Source: a virus (Duplodnaviria; Caudoviricetes). Taken from it: a stretch of 64,000 bases of DNA. The stretch spans positions 32,001 to 96,000 of IMG/VR virus record IMGVR_UViG_3300032320_001447, one strand, 5' to 3'. A program made the position numbers and the translations under genes. The notes beneath the pieces are model-generated. The model searched no databases and was not told the origin of the DNA. It was given only the letters and a program-made list of their open reading frames with translations. Each line of letters opens with the position of its first letter. Within the stretch, counting starts at the first letter, position 1. Positions 37,461-47,135 of this stretch are shown here, piece after piece.

Positions 37461-38399
37461 TTACTTTAAACTTTTAACCTTTTTGTAAATTTCTGCTAGC
37501 TGTCTTTCTAGCTTATTCACAACCTTACCAGTTCTTGGACTATAGTCCTCTTCCAATTCCATTTTCATGTTGGTAGAGTATTCCATTAACCTGTTTATTT
37601 CGTGTAACTTTTTGTTTATTGATTTCAATGCCTCGTGTAAAGCATCTTTGTTAGGTCTTGTTGCAGCCTCTCTTTTGAATTTATTGTAAGTCAAAGCTTC
37701 ATTTAAATCTTCGCTGCCGTATAAATGACTATCGCTAAAATTGTCGCCTATTACTTCTATATCTTGAGTTCCAAAGTCCATCATCATATCGTAGGCTAAA
37801 TCTTCATCGTCTGTATAGTATGTGTCTGATCCGTTTAACTCTACGCCCATGTAACTTGGATTGTCTCTAAGTACATCTAAAGCTCTTTTTGCATCTCTAA
37901 CTGAAACTTTAACGTAGTACTTTTTCTCTTCGTCTTCTGTTTGCATTTCTTGATCAGGTTCTGCTTGCTTTTTGATATATCTTTTAGAAACATCGTCGAA
38001 TGACCAATCGTCTTGATTAAATTCTTGGTAGTTTCTAGCTTGCTGATATTCCATTGGAGATAAAGAGTCTTTGTCCAAGTTTACTGGCTGTAAAACTCCC
38101 TCTTCCATTTCTTCGAACATCTGCTTGTATTGAAATCCTCCTTTAGATGGTCTGTTTGGAATAGATGGTGCAGATTTCCAACCCCATTTTTTTTGAGGAT
38201 ATATTTCTGCTTTACCTGCAGCTAATTTTGGTTCTACGTCTTTTACCTCGTTTTTCTTCTTTTTGAAAGCTTTCGTAGTTGAGTATTGTTCTCCAGTGCC
38301 AGGCGTAAATGTAGCTCCGTTAGAAACTCCACCACCAGTCGCACTTTCCTCTGATAGTAATCTTTGTGTTGCGAATTGATTATCGAAAGGTTTCTTCAT
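37461..38399 (-). CDS. head protein carrying a copy of the capsid N-arm peptide
   Basis: Residues 21-38 TGGGVSNGATFTPGTGEQ are identical to capsid residues 66-83; C-terminal coiled coil. Confidence 0.75.
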   Translation of the reverse strand: MKKPFDNQFATQRLLSEESATGGGVSNGATFTPGTGEQYSTTKAFKKKKNEVKDVEPKLAAGKAEIYPQKKWGWKSAPSIPNRPSKGGFQYKQMFEEMEEGVLQPVNLDKDSLSPMEYQQARNYQEFNQDDWSFDDVSKRYIKKQAEPDQEMQTEDEEKKYYVKVSVRDAKRALDVLRDNPSYMGVELNGSDTYYTDDEDLAYDMMMDFGTQDIEVIGDNFSDSHLYGSEDLNEALTYNKFKREAATRPNKDALHEALKSINKKLHEINRLMEYSTNMKMELEEDYSPRTGKVVNKLERQLAEIYKKVKSLK

Positions 38400-39253
38400 T
38401 ATTTAGATACTCTTTTTAGCTCGTCAATTAATTCACAATATTGTAAAATTCCAGTAATGGTTTCGTCTTTAATAGCGATGCCCTCTTTTAATGGCTTTAT
38501 GAATTTAATTACTTCTTCTGCTTTTATTTTAGTAACTTTATCTTCTACTTTTTCAGTTTGCTCGATAAGTTCTTGCTTGATCTCTTTTAACTTAGTGTTT
38601 AAAAATTTTCTTAAATTAGCAGAATCAGATATGCTAGAAACGTATTCTTTTAAAATGCCCTTTTGTCTTTCAGAAAGGCCTTGGTATTTCTTATTGAATT
38701 TCTCAACCAATAATTTGTAGGTCAAAAGTCTGATCTCTTTGTCTTCATTCATTAACTCTTGAACCATTGATTGAGGCGCTTGCATGTCCTTAATAGAGTC
38801 TTGAGTAATGTGCTCCAAAAGATTGATCTTGTTTAGAACGATCTGCTTGGTATCTGAATTAGGGCTGTTTTGAGATTCAAATATTGTATAAACAGAAGCG
38901 TAAGGCTTGTAATTCTCTATCTTGGCTTTAAAAAAATCTTCTAGGTTGTAGTTCTTTTTAATTTCTTTGATTAGATTATACTTGGCTTGGCTGAGTGTGT
39001 CGTGGCTTAATTTCTTATATTGTTCTAAAATGGTTGAAATAAGAATCTCGGCCCTAGCTTCTGAAAGTTTTGGACTGGTTACGAAAGCGCTGTACAAGCT
39101 GTACTCTTTTCCCAATTCTGTGTTGGTAAAGTGCTTTTTAAGTATTTTAACAGCTTTAGAGTCCTGATTGTTCAAAAGGTCTGAAGTTGTCTGTCTTACT
39201 AAAAGTTCAAATAAAATACCGGTGTTACGATATTTAGAATGTTTAATTCCCAT
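38399..39253 (-). CDS. hypothetical protein downstream of portal (possible prohead core component)
   Basis: IKHSKYRNTGILFELLVRQ N-terminus; helical; head-operon position. Confidence 0.65.
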   Translation of the reverse strand: MGIKHSKYRNTGILFELLVRQTTSDLLNNQDSKAVKILKKHFTNTELGKEYSLYSAFVTSPKLSEARAEILISTILEQYKKLSHDTLSQAKYNLIKEIKKNYNLEDFFKAKIENYKPYASVYTIFESQNSPNSDTKQIVLNKINLLEHITQDSIKDMQAPQSMVQELMNEDKEIRLLTYKLLVEKFNKKYQGLSERQKGILKEYVSSISDSANLRKFLNTKLKEIKQELIEQTEKVEDKVTKIKAEEVIKFIKPLKEGIAIKDETITGILQYCELIDELKRVSK

Positions 39254-39276
39254 AGCTATTTTGGATAGGCTTGCTA

Positions 39277-39284
39277 ATAAATAT
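39277..39284 (-). promoter_or_regulatory. putative late promoter ATATTTAT
   Basis: Motif upstream of the start at 39253. Confidence 0.6.
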
Positions 39285-39293
39285 CTAAATATT

Positions 39294-41216
39294 CTAATCT
39301 AGATTGTCAATGATGTTGTCTTCGCTTAATAGGCTTGATTGTTCAAAAAGTTGAGTCTTTCTAGCATTCTGCTTCTCGAACATTTTCTCAATTGAGTTTT
39401 TGTTCTGTAAATAGATAGCCATAGTGTTCTCCATATTCAAAGCTCCACCTTTAAAAGTAACGCCAACCTTATCTTCCCTAGTCTCGGCATTTTGAGTATT
39501 CATATCGTAAACTCCAGCTCTTCCAAATGGAGATTCGTCGGTTCCGTATATAGATTTGTATTTTTGTGGTCTTCCAGGAATCTTCATTGGCTCTTTTGGA
39601 TTTGTCTCATCGTAGCCTCTAGGCACATCTAGCGTACCATCACCTTTTCCACCGTATAAGCTTGCGATCTGATGAGGTGTACCAAATGCTTGGCCTGTTT
39701 CTGCTGGATCGTTTCCTTCCTCTGCGATTTGTTTGTATCTAAACTTGCGCTTTTGATCTTCTACAATAAGGTCATCTAACTCATCAAATTCGTCCTCAGA
39801 GATATTAAATACGTTCTTCCAAATATAATCTCTTGGTAAAGAAGAGTTTTCAACCGCTTGATTAGCAAGGTCAATCTTCTCTTTCATCATAGCAATTCTC
39901 TCTTGCTCGTATATAATAGAAGGATTAGTTAACTGAATATCGAAGTTAGTAATTGATTCGTTAGTGTAACCGTGAGCGTACAAGTGAACCAATGCCACTT
40001 TCTTCAATTCAGATACAATGATTCTTTGGATTCTCTCAATTGTTCTTGCAAAACGAATATCTTCAGCTGCTAAAGTTGCTTTACCTGTTAAGTCCTTTTC
40101 GTATCCCATGAATGCTTTAGGAACCTTTAACGCTGCAAATAGTTTCTCTCTAAAGTATTGAACGTCTTCGATAGCGTTGTACTCAAGACCTTTTGCGGTA
40201 TCAATTCTAGTAGATTGATCGTTACCTCTAACTGGAATAAAGAAGTCTTCCAATAAGTTTTGTTGGTTGAACTTCATATTGTATTGACCAGTTTGAGCAT
40301 CGATAAGTGGAGTTTTCTTCATCTTACCGATCATACGTTGAATGTAGTTCTCAACCTCGTTTGGTGGGATGGCTCCCACGTTAACGTAGAATGTTCTTCT
40401 TTCTGGGGCACGCGTAATTCTATGAATCAACATCGCATCTTCGATTAAAGTATATTGCTTGAATAGCTTTCTTGCTGGTTCCAAATAAGATCTACCGTAA
40501 GGTAAATAGTTTACGTCTCCTAAAAATCTAAAGTGAGCCATTTCGTACAAGTCAAACCAAATTCCTGGATCTTGATTGTTATAGGCCGAAGTGTATCCTG
40601 TTGTAGAACTTATAGCTGCGTTAGGATCGAACTTAAATCTTACTTCGTTTGGATTTTTTGGATTAAAACCTTCTTGTCTAACGATGTTGTAAGCAGAGAA
40701 TGGAATTACGTTGTAAACTCCAAACTTTTCTGCAATTTCTAATTTTAAATAGAAATCACCGTATTTACACATGTTTCTAATCCATGACCATAAGTTAAAT
40801 TCTATATTTAAAACTGAATAGAATAGGTTTTCTAGTAAATTTTGAATGTTTTCATCTGCAGAAGTAATGTGTAGTACTTGACCTTGATCGTTTTTTAGAG
40901 TACACTCATCTGCAATAATATCTAACGCAGAAGCAATGATAGCATCTGTATCCATTGCATCATAATCTGCATATATTTGTACACGAGCTGATTGATAGTT
41001 CTGAGCTAGATTTAGGTTAACTCCATAAGCTGTAGACGTAGTGTATACTTTGTGGAATCTATCAATTAAGGAGTTAGTTTGAATCACACCAGAAGTCTGA
41101 ATGTGTTCAGTATCTATCACTTGTAAATTCTTGCCGCCAGAATCTCTAATAATGACATCGGTCGAGAAGAGTCTTCTTAGCGCCGAAAATAGGTTGTCTT
41201 GTTTGTTTTCTGCCAT
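39294..41216 (-). CDS. gp20: portal protein (T4 gp20-like)
   Basis: SYLEPARK...EDAMLIHRITRAPERR.FYVNVG.IP, EDFFIPVRG and LFAALKVP motifs. Confidence 0.95.
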   Translation of the reverse strand: MAENKQDNLFSALRRLFSTDVIIRDSGGKNLQVIDTEHIQTSGVIQTNSLIDRFHKVYTTSTAYGVNLNLAQNYQSARVQIYADYDAMDTDAIIASALDIIADECTLKNDQGQVLHITSADENIQNLLENLFYSVLNIEFNLWSWIRNMCKYGDFYLKLEIAEKFGVYNVIPFSAYNIVRQEGFNPKNPNEVRFKFDPNAAISSTTGYTSAYNNQDPGIWFDLYEMAHFRFLGDVNYLPYGRSYLEPARKLFKQYTLIEDAMLIHRITRAPERRTFYVNVGAIPPNEVENYIQRMIGKMKKTPLIDAQTGQYNMKFNQQNLLEDFFIPVRGNDQSTRIDTAKGLEYNAIEDVQYFREKLFAALKVPKAFMGYEKDLTGKATLAAEDIRFARTIERIQRIIVSELKKVALVHLYAHGYTNESITNFDIQLTNPSIIYEQERIAMMKEKIDLANQAVENSSLPRDYIWKNVFNISEDEFDELDDLIVEDQKRKFRYKQIAEEGNDPAETGQAFGTPHQIASLYGGKGDGTLDVPRGYDETNPKEPMKIPGRPQKYKSIYGTDESPFGRAGVYDMNTQNAETREDKVGVTFKGGALNMENTMAIYLQNKNSIEKMFEKQNARKTQLFEQSSLLSEDNIIDNLD

Positions 41217-41225
41217 ATCTTTATA

Positions 41226-42827
41226 TTATAAAAGCCAAGTTAAATCTTGTTGTTCTTTTCCCATTGGAGTTGCGATCTCTTGTTGCCATGGGTTATTACC
41301 ATAATTAGTGTAAGACTGATACATAGGACTATCTTCTCCAGCTTTTGAGAAAGCATTTAGACTAGCGTGAGTTAGACTTTCTGCTGTTCTTCTGAATCTT
41401 AAAGAAGTTTCTCTCAAATACATAGCAATCGAAAAAGCCATCACTAAGTCATCGTTGTACCCCGACATAGCTTGTTGCTTACCGTTCTTCCATATAAATA
41501 CGCGAAGCTCCTCTAATAATCTAACTGATCTTATAGTAACCGTTTTGTTTTCTATAAAGTCTCTCATCTTTTCTAATACAGAAGGTCTAACTTTAGGACT
41601 CATGGTAAATCCAGGTACCAAAGTTGCATTTCCGTAGTGCACTTGTAAATAGCTGTTTAAGTCAGCGTTGCTGTCAGATCTATGACTAAAGTGAATATTT
41701 GAGTATCCGCTCTCTACCACGCCTTGAACTACGTCCCAACCAATATTTGCGTTTTCAATTACCAATAAAGCTTGGTTGTATCTAGTTGCTATCGCTATAA
41801 GCTCGTTGGCAAATATCCTGGTGTCTGTTTGGGCTTTAAATTCAGCTACTTGTGTCAATGTCTCTGTATCTATAACATGATAAGCAGAGTAGTCCATTGA
41901 GTCTCCCCTCGCTACGTCAGCTACTACCATATAGTATGTGGTGGGTTTAGGATATTCCCAAATCCAAAGTGCTTTTTCCTGACCTTCTCTATTGATTGGC
42001 TCGGATATCATATTGGCTTCGTACCAAGTTAAAATTTCTGGAGGAATTACTGTATTACCTGAAGTAGCAAAGTCACAATCACACTCTTGAGCTGCGTTTC
42101 TAACTCCGAGATCTATGTCTTGCATATTTCTCCAATCTTGATTTCTTTCAGGGTGAACCGTCCAAGGTAACGAGATTGGTAAGAAGTTATTCTTTTGTAA
42201 TTGAGCTTCTGTGTAAGACTTGTGGAACCAGTTACCAACACCGTTAGGAGTAGATAACGCGATACATCCACCACCCGTAGCCAAGGTCATCTTAGCCGCA
42301 GTGTAGATAGTTTCAATGTTATCGATAAACGCGGCCTCATCTATTACCAAGAGCGACACGGCTTCCGAACGACCTGCGTCACCGGCTGCTGATACTGCTT
42401 TGATTTGAGAACCGTTTGTTAGTCTTAAACTTAATGCGTTGTTAGAAGTTGCTGCAGCTCCGATCTTCATCCAGTTAGGTAAGTTATCGTAAGCGAATCT
42501 AACCTTTGTAACCATGTTCTTTGCAGTGTCCTGCTTAGTCGCGATTACAAGAATATTCTTATCTTTTGAAAATACCATCATCCATAAAGAGTACGCAGAC
42601 ACTAAGGTAGAGATACCCAACTGTCTTGACTTATTTATGATTGAATCCGGATGTTTTTGAAATAGTTTTAGAACCTTTTCTTGGAACGGATAAAGGTCGA
42701 ACAGCATTCGACCTCTTTGTGGGTGTTGGATCATATAATATTTCTTCATGAAATATACAGGATCTTGAGCGCACCTTACAAACTCTTCCTTAATTCTTTG
42801 TTTTATATCGATTTGACTCTCTGACAT
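41226..42827 (-). CDS. gp17: terminase large subunit (T4 gp17-like)
   Basis: C.QDPVYF, LYPFQ, KSRQLGIST, LVIDEAAFI and STPNG motifs; nuclease DVARG and DDLVMA motifs. Confidence 0.95.
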   Translation of the reverse strand: MSESQIDIKQRIKEEFVRCAQDPVYFMKKYYMIQHPQRGRMLFDLYPFQEKVLKLFQKHPDSIINKSRQLGISTLVSAYSLWMMVFSKDKNILVIATKQDTAKNMVTKVRFAYDNLPNWMKIGAAATSNNALSLRLTNGSQIKAVSAAGDAGRSEAVSLLVIDEAAFIDNIETIYTAAKMTLATGGGCIALSTPNGVGNWFHKSYTEAQLQKNNFLPISLPWTVHPERNQDWRNMQDIDLGVRNAAQECDCDFATSGNTVIPPEILTWYEANMISEPINREGQEKALWIWEYPKPTTYYMVVADVARGDSMDYSAYHVIDTETLTQVAEFKAQTDTRIFANELIAIATRYNQALLVIENANIGWDVVQGVVESGYSNIHFSHRSDSNADLNSYLQVHYGNATLVPGFTMSPKVRPSVLEKMRDFIENKTVTIRSVRLLEELRVFIWKNGKQQAMSGYNDDLVMAFSIAMYLRETSLRFRRTAESLTHASLNAFSKAGEDSPMYQSYTNYGNNPWQQEIATPMGKEQQDLTWLL

Positions 42828-43519
42828 TATTTATGCGTTGCTGCAAGGCCTAGTATTAAAAATCCCATTCCAAATTTAGTCAGCTTATTGATCTTATTTT
42901 TTCTATCCAATTTTTTAATATCGCCTTTCAAACCTTCAACCATTACTTTGTAGTTATTTTGTTGTTCTACTTGCTTTTGTATGATTGATTCGTAGTTACC
43001 CTCTTTAGTTCTTAGAGTTACAATTACTTTGTCTTTACCATTTACAGTCGATTCTAAATTAGTAATCAAGCTATCTTGGTTTAACACAATATTTCTAGTT
43101 CTGTCTAAATCTACTAAGTCAACTACTACTGCTTTAGAAACTGGAACTGGTAATATAGTTGTATCTGTAGTAGGAACTTTATATTGAGCTTCGTATCTCT
43201 TTACAAAGAAACTGTCGATCTCATGAGGTCTCATTTTTGCTGCCGCCTCTAATTCTGATCTATCTTCTTTTAGTTCTTTTACTTTACCGGATAATGTCTT
43301 AGTTTTTTGCTCTAGAACCAAGTTTTCTTGTTCTACCACTTGAATTGTAGACTCTAAACTATCGTTTTGACCGTGTAAAGAATCGATTTGAACGGCTAAC
43401 TCTTCTATCTTATTTTCATAAGATTCGGTATTAAATCTAACTTCACCGAATTCTTTATATAAGAACCAAATACATGCTAGTAAAAATACGGCAATGCCCG
43501 CTTTAATTGCTATTTTCAT
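42827..43519 (-). CDS. membrane coiled-coil protein, possible spanin
   Basis: N-terminal hydrophobic segment containing LLAC, long coiled coils, C-terminal hydrophobic FGMGFLILGLAA. Confidence 0.5.
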   Translation of the reverse strand: MKIAIKAGIAVFLLACIWFLYKEFGEVRFNTESYENKIEELAVQIDSLHGQNDSLESTIQVVEQENLVLEQKTKTLSGKVKELKEDRSELEAAAKMRPHEIDSFFVKRYEAQYKVPTTDTTILPVPVSKAVVVDLVDLDRTRNIVLNQDSLITNLESTVNGKDKVIVTLRTKEGNYESIIQKQVEQQNNYKVMVEGLKGDIKKLDRKNKINKLTKFGMGFLILGLAATHK

Positions 43520-43536
43520 AGTTTTTTAGTTTTCTA

Positions 43537-43544
43537 ATAAATAT
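43537..43544 (-). promoter_or_regulatory. putative late promoter ATATTTAT
   Basis: Motif heading the spanin-like/terminase/portal unit. Confidence 0.6.
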
Positions 43545-43548
43545 GTCA

Positions 43549-43773
43549 CTAAGCTTCTTCTTCCACGGAGTTATAAATACGCTTTTTGCTAATCAACGTA
43601 AATTGCGAAGCATTCATTTTAAGGCCATTTATGTAATACTCCTCTCTACCGTCAGCATAAATCATAGCTGGACCGTTTAAATTGTGAGGTTTTCTGTTCT
43701 GACCTGGATCTTGTACGTAATGGATTGTGATGCCATCAATAGTTTTCATGACACCGTAAGTAGTCTTTTTCAT
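43549..43773 (-). CDS. hypothetical protein with a single H..NGPA....G..EYYING motif
   Basis: One unit of a beta-hairpin repeat common in large DNA viruses. Confidence 0.65.
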   Translation of the reverse strand: MKKTTYGVMKTIDGITIHYVQDPGQNRKPHNLNGPAMIYADGREEYYINGLKMNASQFTLISKKRIYNSVEEEA

Positions 43774-43843
43774 ATAACCAATTTAATAAATTTTCTTGAT
43801 ACTTTTTAACTAAAGTCTATGGTATGTGTACATTACTCACAAA

Positions 43844-45856
43844 CTAAAGCATTCTAAAGGCTAATTTCTTATTTTTTGGATTGTATATTGATAATGAGGA
43901 TTCGAATTCAAATTCAGCTGAAGAGAAACTTTTTAGATTAAATCTAGCGATATTCTGTTTAACATTCATCGTTAAGTACAGCTGTTTAACTTCTGATTTG
44001 CTCATTATATCGGTTAGCGCTTTTTTATAATTTTTGTTAGAATTTAAAAAAGCAACTATATAATTAATTAATGGAGAGGTAATTATTCCATAATAACCTT
44101 TAGGAGATATATCTCTCCATCTTATAGGAAAAGCTGGTTGTTTTTTAATAGATGCAAAGAAAGGGCCAAATTTCTTTTTTATAATCGCATCTTTTTGTTC
44201 GTCAGTAGTTGCAGATTTAAGTAATTTATTAAGGTAATCGTTTATAGTTTGAGCGTCAATTTTTTCAACAGGCACTTTTATAATCTGAGACAGTTTTTCC
44301 ATACCGTCTAATTTTAAAGCTTTTCCAATAGTTATAGGACCTTGAACTACGTCTTGTTGTAAAATTATTCTAAGTAATTTATATAAAGATTTTTGGCCTG
44401 GTGTGGTTAATTGTTCAGGCTTTATATTTTTTACTGTGTCTGTTATAGTTGCTGCTCCGCCTTTGTTGTATTTTGCGGATACATTAAATCCGTCTAATTC
44501 AAAATCTGCTAATGGATTGGCTTCAGCTGCTGGAAATGTGAGTCCTGATCCTGGGTCTACTACACTTTTTAATAGCGCAATTGCTCCTAAACATTCTCCA
44601 AAATCTGATCCAATCATTCCAACATCTTGTGGACTAACTTTTGTAAGAGCTTTTCTAGTTCTTTCGCTTAACGGTATTTCTTGATCGAATTTAGTAATTT
44701 CAGCTGTGTCTGCAAATTTACCTTTAGCGGCTCCTTTTAATACATCATCCACTAAACTATCTAATAATTCTTGAAGTGATTTATCATTAGTAACATTTGG
44801 TACATTTGTTTTAATTCTGCTAGCTAATGAGGTAGCAGTTTTAAATTTGCCTGTAGTAAGTCCTAGTTTATTCGGGGTTAAAGCCTTTCCTTTTGTTGAA
44901 GCGCCTTCTTTTACGGTGCTTACTATAAAAACTGATTCTCCTTTTTTATAACCATCTACGGCTTTAGTTAGTTGTACTTTATAAGTAGGATATGTACCCG
45001 ATTTGGATTCGCCTTGGTTTTTTTGAAATTCTTGTACTTTAAAAGAGTCTTTAGGTAGTAATTTACCTAGCGCTTTTTCAATTAAACCTTGAACATTTTT
45101 TGAGGTTTCAAAATTAGTTCTTAATACAGGCCCTCTATTGCCTTTGTTTTCTGGGGCCACGTTATATTTGGCGTCTGAAAGTGTTTTTTGAATCGCCTTA
45201 AATAAAGTTGAAGCTGGTAAATTTGCTTCTTTAATCAAAGCCTTTAGTATGATTGATTCTGTTAGTGGCTCGTTTTCTTCTTCCTCTGGCGTATTTTCAA
45301 CTCCAGTTTGATCTCCACCTCCGTTATTATTTCCACCACTTATGCTTCCATCGTCTTCTCCATCTGCTCTTGTTCCTTGTTCTGCTCCTTCCGGTCCTTT
45401 TGTTTTCAATGGACTGCCTTGTTGTAGCAATCGACTGATGCCCTTCATCGCTCTTTCTTTTTCTCCGATACTTGATAGATAATGTCTTTTACCTGCTATT
45501 ATGGCTTGATAGATACCATCTCCCATGTAACTTAAATAGAAGTATTGGCTATTATGTAAAACGATTTTAAAACTAGTAGGCTTAGGCGCTTGAATGAATA
45601 TTGCAGTAACGTATTCCTGAAAAGCAGGAGTCATTAACTCTTCTAATAATGTATTCAAAGTATGATACTTCTTTAGAATAAAACCCATTGGGTCTTTATC
45701 GAAAGGAGAATCAGGCTTATCGTCTTTTTCGCTAGCTCTGTTATCGACTTTCTCTTCTGCGTTGTCTTTCTTTACTTCTTTTTCTTTGTCTTTAACGTTA
45801 TCTTCTTCGTCAGCTTCTAAAAGAATGGCCTTTAATATGTGTAAATCTTTATTCAT
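43844..45856 (-). CDS. hypothetical protein; acidic N-terminal part plus possible nuclease-fold C-terminal domain
   Basis: ILKAILLE / ILKALIKE motifs; DFGE.LG...FP...NPLADF......SAK pattern resembling PD-(D/E)xK nucleases. Confidence 0.55.
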   Translation of the reverse strand: MNKDLHILKAILLEADEEDNVKDKEKEVKKDNAEEKVDNRASEKDDKPDSPFDKDPMGFILKKYHTLNTLLEELMTPAFQEYVTAIFIQAPKPTSFKIVLHNSQYFYLSYMGDGIYQAIIAGKRHYLSSIGEKERAMKGISRLLQQGSPLKTKGPEGAEQGTRADGEDDGSISGGNNNGGGDQTGVENTPEEEENEPLTESIILKALIKEANLPASTLFKAIQKTLSDAKYNVAPENKGNRGPVLRTNFETSKNVQGLIEKALGKLLPKDSFKVQEFQKNQGESKSGTYPTYKVQLTKAVDGYKKGESVFIVSTVKEGASTKGKALTPNKLGLTTGKFKTATSLASRIKTNVPNVTNDKSLQELLDSLVDDVLKGAAKGKFADTAEITKFDQEIPLSERTRKALTKVSPQDVGMIGSDFGECLGAIALLKSVVDPGSGLTFPAAEANPLADFELDGFNVSAKYNKGGAATITDTVKNIKPEQLTTPGQKSLYKLLRIILQQDVVQGPITIGKALKLDGMEKLSQIIKVPVEKIDAQTINDYLNKLLKSATTDEQKDAIIKKKFGPFFASIKKQPAFPIRWRDISPKGYYGIITSPLINYIVAFLNSNKNYKKALTDIMSKSEVKQLYLTMNVKQNIARFNLKSFSSAEFEFESSLSIYNPKNKKLAFRML

Positions 45857-46455
45857 TATACTAATAGGGTGTGATACTCTTTAAAATGTTTAATTCTGTC
45901 TGGTAACCCGATAGTTCCTCCATTTACTCTCTTTGTAATCTTAGTTACTACGTCGTCTGTAGCTCCTAAATCAGCTAACTTATGCAAACCGTTCTTGTTA
46001 AAAAACCAAGCTGCAGATAACAAAGCGTATTTGTCTGCAACCACTGTTGGGTTAGCCGCTATGTCTTCGTTGATTGATTTTCCGAATGCAGTGTAGTTGT
46101 CTTTACCAGTTAATTGTATATAACCACGACCGCAATATTTAGCGCCATCTCCAGTTGACTCGGCACCGTTACCCATTCTATTGCCGTAAACCTTATTAGC
46201 AATTTTTTCAGGTTTTCTTTCATAAGCTTTAGCTGATTGTAAAGTCGGAAAGTACTTCTTAAAAATACCATTCAAACCTTTAGCAGAATAGTTTAAGTTT
46301 TCTTTTGTCAATCTAAATCCACCACTTTCGTGGCCGCATTGAGCCAAGAAATGAGCCAAACGTAGTGGAGTATTGATTTGGAATTTCTCCATTACTCCAG
46401 GAATTTGTTCAATTACTTTGTCTGGTATATGTCCTTTTAATTTATCTAGATTCAT
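45856..46455 (-). CDS. glycoside hydrolase family 19 (chitinase-like) endolysin
   Basis: HFLAQCGHESGGF, ENLNYS, GDG.KY.GRGYIQLTGK.NY and TKRVNGG..GL.DR motifs. Confidence 0.92.
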   Translation of the reverse strand: MNLDKLKGHIPDKVIEQIPGVMEKFQINTPLRLAHFLAQCGHESGGFRLTKENLNYSAKGLNGIFKKYFPTLQSAKAYERKPEKIANKVYGNRMGNGAESTGDGAKYCGRGYIQLTGKDNYTAFGKSINEDIAANPTVVADKYALLSAAWFFNKNGLHKLADLGATDDVVTKITKRVNGGTIGLPDRIKHFKEYHTLLV

Positions 46456-46463
46456 GATTATAA

Positions 46464-47132
46464 TTATTTATGTTTACGTTTTACTTCCATTAAATCTTCT
46501 AAAGCAAGACCATCATTGTGTTCTGGTTGAGAATACTCGTGATAATTTTCACTTGCTTGTCTAATATAATTAGCTGCATTAGTAATATGATCTTGAATCC
46601 AAGCTGGGATATCTTTTTCGTCTTCTCCCATTTTATTCATCAATTCTCCTGCTGCAATTACAATAGATTTTAAACTATTTTGAGCCATTGAAACTTCGTG
46701 ATCCATTGCTTCAGAATATCCGTCTTCGTCATTTTTAACTGGTCCGTCAATAAGTGATGAAGGCAAAGAAGTAGCATCGCCATCTTCTTCCATATATCCG
46801 CACTCCATACACATCTTGTCTTCGTACATCATTGGAGCTCCACACTCTTTACATATATTATTTCTAGAATCCATTGCAGTCATCTCTGATCTTGATAAAG
46901 ATGGCATGGTTTCCATTGGTCTTTCTTCGTTACCAAATCTAATGCCTTCTTTCTTAGGAGCTTGCGTTTTGAATTCAGTTTTCATGCTTTTTTCAATAGC
47001 GGCGCCTCTTTTCTTTTCATAAGAAGAGATTTGTTTATCTTTGTCTAAGTCAGCTAAGTTTGGCTTCTTTAATCCTGATTTTTTGTAAGAAATTTCTGCT
47101 ACTGTTTCTTTAAGAAGGTCTTTAAGTTTCAT
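46464..47132 (-). CDS. putative head-internal protein
   Basis: MKLKDLLKE start; CxECG...CxECG; DHEVSMA...PAWIQ.HIT.A..Y module. Confidence 0.65.
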   Translation of the reverse strand: MKLKDLLKETVAEISYKKSGLKKPNLADLDKDKQISSYEKKRGAAIEKSMKTEFKTQAPKKEGIRFGNEERPMETMPSLSRSEMTAMDSRNNICKECGAPMMYEDKMCMECGYMEEDGDATSLPSSLIDGPVKNDEDGYSEAMDHEVSMAQNSLKSIVIAAGELMNKMGEDEKDIPAWIQDHITNAANYIRQASENYHEYSQPEHNDGLALEDLMEVKRKHK

Positions 47133-47135
47133 TTA

